Source: an uncultured Chloroflexia bacterium | GTDB taxonomy: Bacteria > Chloroflexota > Chloroflexia > Thermomicrobiales > UBA6265 | Assembly: GCA_963724295.1 (NCBI GenBank) | Contig: CAVRUC010000013.1 | Span: forward strand, 352,001-416,000 | DNA: 64,000 nucleotides | Direction of reading: 5' to 3' | Shown here: one piece after another, positions 31,085-40,833 of the stretch | How the letters are laid out: every line of letters starts with the position of its first letter | How positions within the stretch are numbered: the stretch's first letter is position 1 | Notes under the pieces: model-generated | What the model saw: the letters and a program-made list of their open reading frames with translations, nothing else | The model's database searches: none | What the model was told of the DNA's origin: nothing | Program-made: the position numbers and the translations under genes

Positions 31085-31672
31085 CTAACTCTCAGCGGCG
31101 TGCCAGGCGTTGGGCACGACCTGACGCGTTGCCGCGACGGCACCTGGATTGGTCTGATGGCCGTCCTTGGCGAGCTCACGCTCCACGACCCCGGGCATGA
31201 TCTCGTTGATGCGCTCGATGGCTCCGGCATAGTCGGTCAGATGCCGCTCCGCCAGGGAGGCCACCCGCTGGTTGCCGAGACCCAGTGCCGTCGTATGCAG
31301 CATCGAGTAGCTGATGGCGGCCAGACTGAAGGCCGCGTAGTCATCACGCAGTGACTTGGAGATGCCTTCGGTGCGCACCAGATCGACGACCCCGGCCGCT
31401 TTGCCCAACAGGGTGGACCCGGCGGCGATGATGGGGTTCCCCGCGGTTGAGCCGACCTGCTCCTGTACCTGCTTGAGCGTGTCCCGGTGCTGCTTGACCA
31501 GGTCATGGAAGTGCTGCACCGCCGCTCGTGCCTCGGCATCGTCCTGCGTCTCGGTCAGTTGCCGATCCAGGGCTTCTTCGATATGGGATTCCAGCGCCAC
31601 CATATCGCCCACATAGTCGGCTATCGTCGTCTCGTGCTTCTGCTGCACATCCTGGTTGTTCTGACTCATCAT
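31085..31672 (-). CDS. Ferritin-like (DUF892/YciF-like) stress protein
   Basis: DYVGDMVALESHIEEALDRQ...KSLRDDYAAFSLAAISYSML; helical-bundle pattern. Confidence 0.7.
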   Translation of the reverse strand: MMSQNNQDVQQKHETTIADYVGDMVALESHIEEALDRQLTETQDDAEARAAVQHFHDLVKQHRDTLKQVQEQVGSTAGNPIIAAGSTLLGKAAGVVDLVRTEGISKSLRDDYAAFSLAAISYSMLHTTALGLGNQRVASLAERHLTDYAGAIERINEIMPGVVERELAKDGHQTNPGAVAATRQVVPNAWHAAES

Positions 31673-31958
31673 GCCCAATGGTTCCCTTCTCGCCGACATC
31701 TTGAAGCCACTCGACCGTGTCGCCGCGCATGGCGGAACTGCTCCGCGGTCTCACCACGATTAGGGTGGCCTCTGCTCGGGGTCGGGTATCAGCCAACGCA
31801 GGAGAGACCGGCGGAGCGCTCCACCAACCGCTCTTGCACCGTCCATGCCAGGCTGCGAAAGCTCGGTGCAAGGGATCCGCACCCACGGGCGTACCGCCCT
31901 GGGCTAAGCTTGTGATCTAGCCGCAGCCAGCACATTTCGTTCGTACGGAGGAATATCT

Positions 31959-33575
31959 ATGCTCCCGCGCCGCAGCCTGTCCCGCCGCACCGCCGTGGTT
32001 CGCCTGGGCGCCGGCGGGCTCGCCGCCGCGCTGGGCGATCGACTGGCGGCCACCGCGGCCGCCCAGAGCGCTACCCCCGTAGCGAACGCGGCCGGGGACC
32101 CGCTGCCCGCCGAGATCACCGCGATCATCGAGCGGCCGAGATACTCGCTCGCCCGCTGGGGGATCTATGTTGCCGATCGGGAGAGCGGCGAGGCCGTCTA
32201 CGACCTCCGCGGCGGAGAGCGATTCCTGGCCGCCTCGACAACCAAGCTCTTCCCGGGGGCCGCGGCGCTCGCCGCGTACGGCCCGGACTACCGATTCGAA
32301 ACGCCTGTCTACCGCACCGGCGCCGTCGGGGCAGACGGGACGCTGGCGGGCGACCTGATCCTGGTCGCCAGCGGCGACCTGACGATGGGCGGGCGCACGA
32401 CCCCGGACGGCGCCATCGCCTACACCCCCTTCGACCACATCTACGCCAACGTCTTCCCAACGCTGGCGACCCTGACTCCGGAGGACCCGCTGGCCGGGCT
32501 GGACGACCTGGCGAAGCAGGTGGCCGCGGCCGGCATCCGGCGCGTCGACGGCGACGTCGTCGTCGATGCCAGGCTCTTCCCAGCGATGGCGAAAGACGAC
32601 TACATCCTGACGCCGATCTGGATCAACGACAACCTGATCGACATCACCATCACTCCGGGTACTGCCGGAAGCCCGGCGACCGTTGCCTGGCGCCCCCAGA
32701 CCGCCGCTTATCAGGTGCAGGCCGACGTCCAAACGGTTCCCGTCGGCCAGGCGCTGAACCTGACCGTGACTTCGCCGTCACCAGGGGTGATCGCCGTCGC
32801 GGGGCAGCTCCCGGCCGACCAGGCGCAGGCCCTCAAGACCTACCAGGTGGCGGACCCGCCAGCGTTCGCCCGCACCCTGCTGATCGAGGCGCTGGATCGG
32901 GCCGGCGTCTCGGTGGCCGCGACCGCGACCGGTCCCAATCCGGATGGCACGCTCCCATCGCTAGGCAGCTACGCCGAGGCCGACCGGGTCGCCCTGCTCA
33001 CCTCACCGCCGTTCGCGCAGAACATCAAGCTGATCTTCAAGGTCAGCATGAACCAACACGCCGACATGTTGATCTTCCTCCTGGCCTTGAAGCACGGCGA
33101 GACCAGCTTCGCCGCGGGACTCCAGCAGATCCCCCCGTTCCTTCAGCAAATCGGTCTCGACCCGGACGAGGTGTCGCTCAGTGACGGCCGCGGCAACGAG
33201 TACACGGACCTGTTCAGCCCGCGGACCGTCTCGCACCTCCTGCAGGCCATGGCGGCACGACCCGACTTCCCGGCCTACTTCGACGCGTTGCCGATCCTGG
33301 GCGTCGACGGGTCCGAGATCGACACCGTGGCGCCGACCAGCCCGGTCCGTGGCAAGGCGTTCGCCAAGTCCGGCACGACGGTCGACGGCGACGTGATGAA
33401 CCAGCGCACGTTGACGATGGTCCGGGCACTGGCCGGCTATCTGACGGCCAGGAGCGGCCGGGAGCTGATCTTCACGATCTACGTCAGCGACGTGCCGTTG
33501 GCTGATACCCTCGATGTGTTGACCATCATCGAGGAGCAAGGCTCGATCGCCGAGGTTATCTTCGCCCACAACTGA
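31959..33575 (+). CDS. dacB: D-Ala-D-Ala carboxypeptidase/endopeptidase (peptidase S13), Tat-exported
   Basis: SRR signal; SxxK (ASTTK), SxN (SMN), KSG. Confidence 0.88.
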   Translation: MLPRRSLSRRTAVVRLGAGGLAAALGDRLAATAAAQSATPVANAAGDPLPAEITAIIERPRYSLARWGIYVADRESGEAVYDLRGGERFLAASTTKLFPGAAALAAYGPDYRFETPVYRTGAVGADGTLAGDLILVASGDLTMGGRTTPDGAIAYTPFDHIYANVFPTLATLTPEDPLAGLDDLAKQVAAAGIRRVDGDVVVDARLFPAMAKDDYILTPIWINDNLIDITITPGTAGSPATVAWRPQTAAYQVQADVQTVPVGQALNLTVTSPSPGVIAVAGQLPADQAQALKTYQVADPPAFARTLLIEALDRAGVSVAATATGPNPDGTLPSLGSYAEADRVALLTSPPFAQNIKLIFKVSMNQHADMLIFLLALKHGETSFAAGLQQIPPFLQQIGLDPDEVSLSDGRGNEYTDLFSPRTVSHLLQAMAARPDFPAYFDALPILGVDGSEIDTVAPTSPVRGKAFAKSGTTVDGDVMNQRTLTMVRALAGYLTARSGRELIFTIYVSDVPLADTLDVLTIIEEQGSIAEVIFAHN

Positions 33576-33752
33576 GGCGAATGAGTGGCCGCCGCGCTGT
33601 TCTGACCGTTCCTGTCTCTGTTGCCCTCAGCCGAGCAGTCGTCCCTGACCGGTCAACGAACGTGCCAGACTTGGCACGCATGTACCGTGAGCCGTCGTCA
33701 TGGCGAGCCAGGGTCGCGCCGGGAAGCAGACCGAGTTGAGGTGCGCACACGC

Positions 33753-34418
33753 ATGACGGCGACAACGGTCGACGCGATCATCTTCGATATGGACGGGTTG
33801 CTCATCGACTCCGAGCCCCTGTGGCGAATCGCCGAGGTCGAGACCCTTTCGGCCGTCGGAGTCCCGATCACGGAGGAGGACGCGGTCGAGACGACCGGGT
33901 TGCGTACCGACGAGGTAGTCGAGCTCTGGTACACCCAGTACCCGTGGCCCGACCCGCCCAAAAAAGCGATCGAGGCGCGGATCATCACCCGCCTGATCGC
34001 GCTCGCCCGCGAGCGGGGAATGCTCATGCCAGGAGTGCAGGAGACACTGGACGCCGCCTCTGGTGCTGGTTATCCGCTGGCGATTGCCTCGTCATCGGCA
34101 AGCGAGATCATCGCCGCCGTGCTGGAGACCCTCGGCATTGCTTCGTATTTCCAGGTGGCGCAGTCTGCCGAGCACGAGCCGTACGGCAAACCGCATCCGG
34201 GCGTCTACATCGAGGCGGCACGACGCCTGGGTATCGCACCCTGGCGATGCCTGGCCTTTGAGGATTCTCCCAACGGGGTGATCGCCGCCAAGGCGGCCCG
34301 CATGCGCTGTATCGCCGTGCCCGACCCTGCGCTGGCAGACGACCGCCGCTTGCAGGCCGCCGACCTGATCCTGCCGTCGCTTTCAGCGTTTCACCTCGAT
34401 CTGCTCGAGCAAATCTAG
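33753..34418 (+). CDS. HAD-family sugar/hexitol phosphatase (HxpB/YniC-like)
   Basis: IFDMDGLLIDSEPLW, KPHPGVY, FEDSPNG. Confidence 0.9.
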   Translation: MTATTVDAIIFDMDGLLIDSEPLWRIAEVETLSAVGVPITEEDAVETTGLRTDEVVELWYTQYPWPDPPKKAIEARIITRLIALARERGMLMPGVQETLDAASGAGYPLAIASSSASEIIAAVLETLGIASYFQVAQSAEHEPYGKPHPGVYIEAARRLGIAPWRCLAFEDSPNGVIAAKAARMRCIAVPDPALADDRRLQAADLILPSLSAFHLDLLEQI

Positions 34419-34460
34419 GGTAGCAATTGCCCATATATGGAAGAAAAAGTCGGCGGCACA

Positions 34461-34551
34461 CTGTGTCATCCCGAGGCACAAGGGATCTCATTTTGAGGCC
34501 GGTATGTCCGCACTGATACGAGATTCCTCGCTGAGGCTCGGAATGACACAG
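34461..34551. repeat. Palindromic REP/MITE-like element (GTCATCCCGAG...CTCGGAATGAC family)
   Basis: Terminal IR CTGTGTCATCCCGAG / CTCGGAATGACACAG; inner GGGATCTC / GAGATTCC. Confidence 0.85.
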
Positions 34552-34594
34552 GTATCGCCGGCCCATCTGGGCGGCAAGAGAAGGAGCAACGTTC

Positions 34595-34957
34595 GTGAGT
34601 GAGACGCGAGTCCCTGCCCGCAGCGTGCTCTTTCTCCAGGCCAAACCGGGCATGCGCGATGAGCTGGTGGAGGTCTTCCGCCGCATCGACATCCCCGGCA
34701 ATGCCCTGCTCCAGGAGGGGTGCCTGAGCGTCGAGGTTCAGGTGCCGCCGGATGAGGATGGGCCGCTGCTGGTCACCGCGCTCTGGACCCACCGCGCGGC
34801 CTACGACGGATGGCTGGCCAACCCCTGGCGGGAACACTCCGGGAGCGAGCTGGCGCCGTACCTCGCGGGAGAGTCATGGCGTCGTCTACGACATCGTCCT
34901 CGCCGGCGGCGACGTCTCCGCCGTCGCGGCGGGCGCTCCAGCAGTCACGGATTCTGA
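34595..34957 (+). CDS. Antibiotic biosynthesis monooxygenase (ABM) family protein (probable frameshift ~34870)
   Basis: LQAKPGMRDEL...QEGCLSVEV...LWTHRAAYDGW. Confidence 0.7.
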   Translation: MSETRVPARSVLFLQAKPGMRDELVEVFRRIDIPGNALLQEGCLSVEVQVPPDEDGPLLVTALWTHRAAYDGWLANPWREHSGSELAPYLAGESWRRLRHRPRRRRRLRRRGGRSSSHGF

Positions 34958-35006
34958 CAAGAACCGAGAGTCGTAGGGGCGGTTCCAGGCCGACGCGATA
35001 TTGCGC

Positions 35007-36116
35007 TCAGCGGGTAGCACCTTCCGCTCCCAGCCACAGATCGATCGGTTGCTTCACTGAAATGTCACCGGTCAGCGGCAGCTCGATCGCCTTGCCGGTG
35101 CCGGCCGAGAGGTAGGCGGCGTAGATGACCTCGAGCACGGCGCGGCCATCCTCGGCGGTCACCAGCGGCTGCTCGTCGCGCTGGACGCAATTGACGAAGT
35201 GCTGCATCTCCTGCGGGAAGCCGTAGTTCCAGTTCTCTTCGTACATGGTGAAGGTCCAGCCGACCGTCGTCTCCGCTTTCTCGACCGCGTAGCCGTAACC
35301 GACGTCGCTGTAGGTGGTAAGCGATGATCCCCGCAGCAGATCGGCGCGGGTGTTCCCCTTCGACCCATAGATCTCGGCCCGGTCGTCAACCCCACCGCCC
35401 TTCACCCAGGAGTTCTCGCAGAGACCGATACCTCCCCCCTCGAAGGTGAGCACGCAGACCGCGTGGTCTTCGCCGCGCGTCTTGTCGCCGTGGACATAGG
35501 TGCCCATCGCGGCATAGACCTTGGTGATGGGGCGATTCCCCATGACCCAGCGGCAGAAGGCGATCGAGTGACACCCCATATCGAGCAGGACCCCGCCGCC
35601 GGAGCGCCGCACGTCCCAGAACCAGGGCGAGTGGGGGCCGGCATGCTCCTCGCTCTGCTTGACGATGACGACGTCGCCCAGCGCCCCCTCGTCGACGAGC
35701 TGCTTGGCGCGCACGTACTTTGGTGCGAAGAGCAATTCCTCGGCGTACATCATCTTCACCCCAGCCTCGCGACCGGCGGCGATCACGGCGTCGGCTTCCT
35801 CGAGGGTCAGGCAGAGCGGCTTCTCGCAGACGACGTGCTTGCCGGCGCGGGCGGCGTCGATGCAGACCTGCGCGTGCAAGTCGTTCGGCACCCCGATGGT
35901 CACCATCTCGAGATCGTCGCGCTGCAGCATCTCTCGATAGTCGGTGAAGTGATGAGGGATTCCGAACTGATCGGCCAGGGCGCGGCCGCGCTCGGGACTT
36001 GGCGAGGCGATGGCAACGACCTCGGCGTTTGGCACGTGCGTAAAGGCCTCGGCGTGCAGGTGCCCAATGAACCCGGCGCCGATGATACCGACGTTTACGC
36101 GATCTCCATTCGCCAT
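35007..36116 (-). CDS. Gfo/Idh/MocA family oxidoreductase
   Basis: GIIGAGFIG, KHVVCEKP, GGGVLLDMGCH. Confidence 0.95.
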   Translation of the reverse strand: MANGDRVNVGIIGAGFIGHLHAEAFTHVPNAEVVAIASPSPERGRALADQFGIPHHFTDYREMLQRDDLEMVTIGVPNDLHAQVCIDAARAGKHVVCEKPLCLTLEEADAVIAAGREAGVKMMYAEELLFAPKYVRAKQLVDEGALGDVVIVKQSEEHAGPHSPWFWDVRRSGGGVLLDMGCHSIAFCRWVMGNRPITKVYAAMGTYVHGDKTRGEDHAVCVLTFEGGGIGLCENSWVKGGGVDDRAEIYGSKGNTRADLLRGSSLTTYSDVGYGYAVEKAETTVGWTFTMYEENWNYGFPQEMQHFVNCVQRDEQPLVTAEDGRAVLEVIYAAYLSAGTGKAIELPLTGDISVKQPIDLWLGAEGATR

Positions 36117-36177
36117 CGTCACGATCCTCCTTCTTCCCCACTTGCGATACAGGCGATCACGCTATCGTCTCATCGTT

Positions 36178-36570
36178 TCAGCCAGGTTGGTAAATCTGCA
36201 GGTCTGGGATCCGTTCAAAGTCGCGGCGATTGAAGGTGAGCACCGTGAGTTCGTGGTGCAGGGCCGTGGCACCGATGAGGAGGTCGAAGTCAGGAATGAG
36301 CTGCCCTCTCCGACGCAGGACGGAGCGGACTTCGGCGAAGCGCTCCACGATCGGGTCGGTGAGCGTAAGCGCGCGGTAGGCGCTCAAGAACTGGCGGAAA
36401 GTGAGCAAGTGCGCTTCGGGATTGACCGACTCAAATGCCCGCTCGTAGATTTCACCCACAGTGATGTAGCTGACGTAGATGCGACTGCTTGCCAACCGCT
36501 CCAGCGTGCTCAGCGCTGGTTGCCGGCTCGCGAGCGCTTGGATGATCCAGTCTGAGTCCAGGAGATACAT
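36178..36570 (-). CDS. vapC: PIN-domain toxin (VapC family)
   Basis: YLLDSDWII, TVGEI, DFDLLIGATALHH, TFNRRDFERI. Confidence 0.93.
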   Translation of the reverse strand: MYLLDSDWIIQALASRQPALSTLERLASSRIYVSYITVGEIYERAFESVNPEAHLLTFRQFLSAYRALTLTDPIVERFAEVRSVLRRRGQLIPDFDLLIGATALHHELTVLTFNRRDFERIPDLQIYQPG

Positions 36571-36845
36571 CAGGGCCGATTGGGTGGCCGAGATCCCGCC
36601 CGTCTCGCCTCATAGATATCAGCGATGACGTCATCGACGTCTAGATCCACCCAACTGCCGGCTGTTGCGGCCAGCGTTCGGCGGACAAGCGCGGGATCCG
36701 GCTCGTAGGCGATGTCGTCCTCCCGCGCTAGGCGAAATAGCTCCCCGTCGCGCTCCAAGAGCAGCGGCCCCTTGGCCGCGCCATCGAGGAGCGTGGGAAG
36801 GTCGGTCTCGGTTGTCACTCGAATCGTCTTGGGTCGGTTTGTCAT
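36570..36845 (-). CDS. Putative antitoxin of the VapC toxin
   Basis: 91-aa ORF upstream of vapC with TGATG stop/start overlap; Phd-like N-terminus. Confidence 0.75.
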   Translation of the reverse strand: MTNRPKTIRVTTETDLPTLLDGAAKGPLLLERDGELFRLAREDDIAYEPDPALVRRTLAATAGSWVDLDVDDVIADIYEARRAGSRPPNRP

Positions 36846-37019
36846 CCGTCGCGCACTCCTACCGGCATTGGTGCATGCTCGAAATGATTGTCGCAGATAG
36901 TGGGCGCACGGCAGTGGATGTCTGGCTGGACCGCAACACGGGCGAGGGAAGGCTGAGCGCATTGGCTGATAGTGTGTGATGGTGTGACAGCCATGGCGGA
37001 CAGCATGGAAAGCAGGGAG

Positions 37020-37745
37020 ATGAACTCCGCGGACACGTCCCTACTGATTGACCGGTTCCACACGCTGTACTACAGCAGCCGCGAGCAGACCTGGGGGAAC
37101 ACATTCTGGCTCGGTCATCATGTGCTCAAGTGCCCGCTCGATCTCTGGATGTACCAGGAAATTCTGCATGAGGTGCAGCCGGAGCTGATCATCGAGACAG
37201 GGACCTACCTCGGCGGTAGCGCCTTATTCCTGGCTTCCATCAGTGACCTGCTGGGTAAGGGAGAGGTCGTGACGATCGACTCGGCGCGGCCAGAGGGGCG
37301 GCCCCGGCATCGGCGGATCACCTATCTCACCGGTTCGTCGACCTCGGACACGATTTTGCGTCAGGTCCGCCGGCACGCCAGAGGCAAGTCGACCGTCCTC
37401 GTCTTCCTCGACTCCGGGCACGGTAAGGACCACGTCCTGGCGGAACTGCGCGCCTACGCCCCGCTGGTTACGCCGGGTAGCTATCTTATCGTCGAGGACA
37501 CCAATCTCAACGGTCACCCCGTGGAAACCCACCATGGTCCGGGACCCGCGGAGGCTGTTGCGGAATTCCTGGAGGGTAACGAGACGTTCGTCAGGGACGA
37601 GAGCCGGGAGAAGTTTTTTCTGACCTTCAATCCCGGCGGCTTTCTCAGGAAGCGGGAGACAGCGACCAACAGCGCCCCTAGCTCCAGTTCCCGCCGCGGT
37701 CGCCTGTGGCGGCGCCTTCGGATCGACAAGCGTCTTCGCGGCTGA
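37020..37745 (+). CDS. CmcI / cephalosporin-hydroxylase family SAM methyltransferase
   Basis: KCPLDLWMYQE, IETGTYLGGSA, LDSGH, YLIVEDTN, TFNPGGFL. Confidence 0.9.
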   Translation: MNSADTSLLIDRFHTLYYSSREQTWGNTFWLGHHVLKCPLDLWMYQEILHEVQPELIIETGTYLGGSALFLASISDLLGKGEVVTIDSARPEGRPRHRRITYLTGSSTSDTILRQVRRHARGKSTVLVFLDSGHGKDHVLAELRAYAPLVTPGSYLIVEDTNLNGHPVETHHGPGPAEAVAEFLEGNETFVRDESREKFFLTFNPGGFLRKRETATNSAPSSSSRRGRLWRRLRIDKRLRG

Positions 37746-37804
37746 GCATGGAGCGGGAGACGTCGGGGACACCGCACCCGCGTTGGTTCCATCGGCGAAG
37801 GGGT

Positions 37805-38443
37805 TCAGTGATTCGAGCTCGCGGCAATGCGCCGCCACCCGCCCTCGTACGTCGTCACCAGCCCCAGGTCATCGACTTCGATCTCTGCGACGAACGCGCC
37901 TCCCGCGGACTCGTATCGGTAGCGCCGATCTGCCAGCCGAAGGTATCGCTGTGGCAGTGGTTCGACCGTCAACTCGGGAAAGCGAACCCAGGCTGCCGTC
38001 ACCGCAACCGCTTCGCCAATTGCGGGCTCGAGGCGGCGGATCGGCAGGGTATTCGTGATGGGAGAGAACCCGAGATCGACGTCGACGAGGCCGTGCAACG
38101 CCGCCGAATCGTCCACTAGCACAGCCGGGTCGGGAATCGGCTGGCGCTCGATCTGCCAGTGTTGATTGGGAGAAACGGTAAGTTTCAGCCTCCGTAGTTC
38201 GGACGCGACGCCGGCGTGCATCGCGATCTCGACCGCTCGGGTTGACCAGTCGTTGGAGAGTGCAACCACATAGTGCACCTGGGCCGGAGCCGTGGCGACC
38301 TCCGCCAGGACGATTCCCCGCAGTCGCCAACCACCTGGATCTCGTTCCAATGCGCACCATTCGCTACCGGGCGAATCGATGCGCTGCCAGAGGACAGTGC
38401 GCACTGGGCTATTCAGCTCGGTCGCGGGTCCCGGGACGATCAT
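37805..38443 (-). CDS. Putative glycolipid-binding domain protein
   Basis: DVDLGFSPITNTLPIRRL, LPQRY, VDDLGLVTTY. Confidence 0.85.
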   Translation of the reverse strand: MIVPGPATELNSPVRTVLWQRIDSPGSEWCALERDPGGWRLRGIVLAEVATAPAQVHYVVALSNDWSTRAVEIAMHAGVASELRRLKLTVSPNQHWQIERQPIPDPAVLVDDSAALHGLVDVDLGFSPITNTLPIRRLEPAIGEAVAVTAAWVRFPELTVEPLPQRYLRLADRRYRYESAGGAFVAEIEVDDLGLVTTYEGGWRRIAASSNH

Positions 38444-38462
38444 CCTCGTTGCGCCGATCCTC

Positions 38463-38819
38463 TCAGACCGTGACCTTGACCTGCCCATCCTCGACGACTA
38501 CCGGGTAGGTGCGCACCCGCAACCGGGCAGAGGAGAGGCTCTTGCCGGTGGCAATATCGAACTCGATGCCGTGCCATGGGCAGGTGACGATCTCACCCTC
38601 GCGCACCCAGGCGAACTTCCAGTCAGTCGCGGCGGAGCAGGCCATCGTGCCGTTGACCGTCCCCGCGCAGAGCGGACCAAATTGATGGGGACAGACGTTG
38701 GGGAGAGCGTAGAAGTCTCCGTTAACATTGAAGACGCCGACCTCGATCCGTCCCAGCGTGACCACGCGATGCGTCCCGGGCGGAAATTCCTCCACCGGCC
38801 CCACCACATACTCAGTCAT
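38463..38819 (-). CDS. Rieske [2Fe-2S] ferredoxin
   Basis: CPHQ...CPWHG. Confidence 0.95.
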   Translation of the reverse strand: MTEYVVGPVEEFPPGTHRVVTLGRIEVGVFNVNGDFYALPNVCPHQFGPLCAGTVNGTMACSAATDWKFAWVREGEIVTCPWHGIEFDIATGKSLSSARLRVRTYPVVVEDGQVKVTV

Positions 38820-38825
38820 CTACGA

Positions 38826-38866
38826 CCTATCACCCCATCCACCCCATCACCCATCACCCATCACCC
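38826..38866. repeat. CCCATCA heptamer tandem repeat
   Basis: CCTATCACCCCATCCACCCCATCACCCATCACCCATCACCC between co-oriented genes. Confidence 0.8.
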
Positions 38867-38871
38867 GCGTC

Positions 38872-39999
38872 CTACAGCTTGCCCGCGGGCGCCGCGATGC
38901 CGAACAGCCGCAAGGCGTTCTCGCCCATGATCTTGCGCTTGGCGTCGCCCGGCATGGGCAGCTTCATGATGGTGCGCGGGTGGTCGAAGTCGTGGTGCGG
39001 CCAGTCGGACGCGAACAGAATCCGCTCCGGCCCGCCGACGAGATCGATGGTGGCCACCAGATCCTTCGGGTTGTCCGGCTCCTCGATCGGCTGCGTCGCG
39101 AACCACATCCGCTCCCGGATGTACTCGCTCGGTCGTCGCTCCAGAAACGGCACCATGCGCCGGTATTCGTTGAAGTACTTGTCCATCCGCCACATCATGT
39201 AGGGCACCCAGGCGATCCCCGCCTCGGTGAAAACGACGCGCAGATTGGGGAAGCGGGCCGGTACCCCGGAGTGGATCAGACTGGTCAGGTTCGCCATCAT
39301 CGCGAACGAGTGGGAGAGCACCTGCCGGCCGAAGTGGTTCTCGAACTGGTCGAGCTGACAGGGAAACGCCGGCGATACCAGGGTCACGCTGTGGAGGCAG
39401 ACCGGCAGCCCGGTGGCGTCCGCGGCCGCCATGATCGGGTCGTAGATGCGGTGTCCCCAGAGCGGGTTGACCCCCGCGGTCGGCAGATAGATGCCGACGA
39501 TGCGCTCCTCTTTAGCGTAGCGCTCGATCTCTCTCGCCGCCGCCTCCGGGTCCTGCGGCGTGGCCAGCATCACGCCGTAGAGTCCCCGCTCCTTGAGCAG
39601 CCATTCTTCCATCAGCCAGCGGTTGTAGGCCTGAGCCAGCGCCGTGGCGTACTCGATGTTCGGCAGCGCGGCAAAGGTAAGCATGTGGTCGGGGAAGAGG
39701 ATGCCGATGTCGATCTCGAGCTCACTCAGCTCGGCGCGCATCGCCGCCGCGGTGTCGACCGAGCGGTAGGCGTGGCTCCCCTGGATCGGTGGATCGAGCC
39801 GCATATTCGGGGCAAAACCCGGCACCTGGAGATAGGGATACGACGCCCCATGCAGCGCTTCCAGCGACAGCCTCCATGGCAGATCGCAGTAGGGCGCCAG
39901 TGCCCCTGGGGTGTCGTTGACATGCACGTCGGCATCGACGACCACCATATCGGCCAGCGTCAGGCGTTCACTTCGTTCGATGGTCGAAGGTGTCGACAT
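38872..39999 (-). CDS. Amidohydrolase-fold protein, possibly a dinuclear metal oxygenase subunit
   Basis: VDADVH, VFTEAG, ASDWPHHDFD; adjacent to Rieske ferredoxin. Confidence 0.85.
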   Translation of the reverse strand: MSTPSTIERSERLTLADMVVVDADVHVNDTPGALAPYCDLPWRLSLEALHGASYPYLQVPGFAPNMRLDPPIQGSHAYRSVDTAAAMRAELSELEIDIGILFPDHMLTFAALPNIEYATALAQAYNRWLMEEWLLKERGLYGVMLATPQDPEAAAREIERYAKEERIVGIYLPTAGVNPLWGHRIYDPIMAAADATGLPVCLHSVTLVSPAFPCQLDQFENHFGRQVLSHSFAMMANLTSLIHSGVPARFPNLRVVFTEAGIAWVPYMMWRMDKYFNEYRRMVPFLERRPSEYIRERMWFATQPIEEPDNPKDLVATIDLVGGPERILFASDWPHHDFDHPRTIMKLPMPGDAKRKIMGENALRLFGIAAPAGKL

Positions 40000-40059
40000 A
40001 ATCGTTCTCCTTACGAAGGGAGCGCTGCGCTGAGGGGGAGAGGGGGTCGCTTCGCTCCC

Positions 40060-40824
40060 TCAGTGCATCATCCACCCGCCGTCAATCTGAATCAGCTGGC
40101 CAGTGATGAACGACGCCCCGTCGCCGGCCAGGAACGTCACCAGATGGCCGACGTCCTCAGGGGCTCCCCGCCGCTTGATGCTCTGGGCGGCGAGGATCTC
40201 TCGATTGTAGTTCTCGAGGTCGGGATGAATCTTTTCGGCATCGGTTGGAAAGGCCCCCGGCGAAAGGGTATTGACGGTGATGCCGTCCGGTCCCACCTCC
40301 CGAGCCAGCGCTCGCGTGAAGCCGACGATGCCTCCCTTGGAGGCGACATAATCGAGCAGGAACGGAACCCCGCCGAAAAAGGTGATCGAGGCGACGTTGA
40401 TGACCCGGCCGCGACCGGACGCCTTGAGCGCGGGATAGGCGGCGCGGGCACAGAGGTAGTAGCCCTTCAGGTTGGTGTCGAGCACCTGGTCCCAGTCCGC
40501 TTCGGTGATCTCGGTCCAGGGTTTGCGATGGTAGACGGCGGCGTTGTTGACCAGGATGTCGATGCCGCCCAGCTCGGAGACGACTCGCTCCGTCATGGCG
40601 TCGACCGATTGCCGGTCGGCGATATCCACCTCGATCGCGAGGGCGCGACCGCCTCCCGCGACGATCTCCGTCACCACCTGGTCGAGCTTTTCCTTCGTCC
40701 TGCCAGCGACGGCCACAGCGGCGCCGGCCGCGGCCAGGGCCGGACAGATCCCCGAGCCGAGGCCGCCACCGCCACCGGTGACGATGGCGACCCGCCCATC
40801 TAATCGAAATGGAGACATGATCAT
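40060..40824 (-). CDS. SDR family oxidoreductase
   Basis: TGGGGGLG, NNAA, YVASK. Confidence 0.95.
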   Translation of the reverse strand: MIMSPFRLDGRVAIVTGGGGGLGSGICPALAAAGAAVAVAGRTKEKLDQVVTEIVAGGGRALAIEVDIADRQSVDAMTERVVSELGGIDILVNNAAVYHRKPWTEITEADWDQVLDTNLKGYYLCARAAYPALKASGRGRVINVASITFFGGVPFLLDYVASKGGIVGFTRALAREVGPDGITVNTLSPGAFPTDAEKIHPDLENYNREILAAQSIKRRGAPEDVGHLVTFLAGDGASFITGQLIQIDGGWMMH

Positions 40825-40833
40825 GCCGGCGGC

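Noticed and set aside
38728..40803. Long antisense ORFs (38728..40803, 4695..6320, 47814..49379, 52881..54323 and similar)
   Set aside because: Shadows of real genes on the opposite strand, typical of high-GC DNA; no motifs
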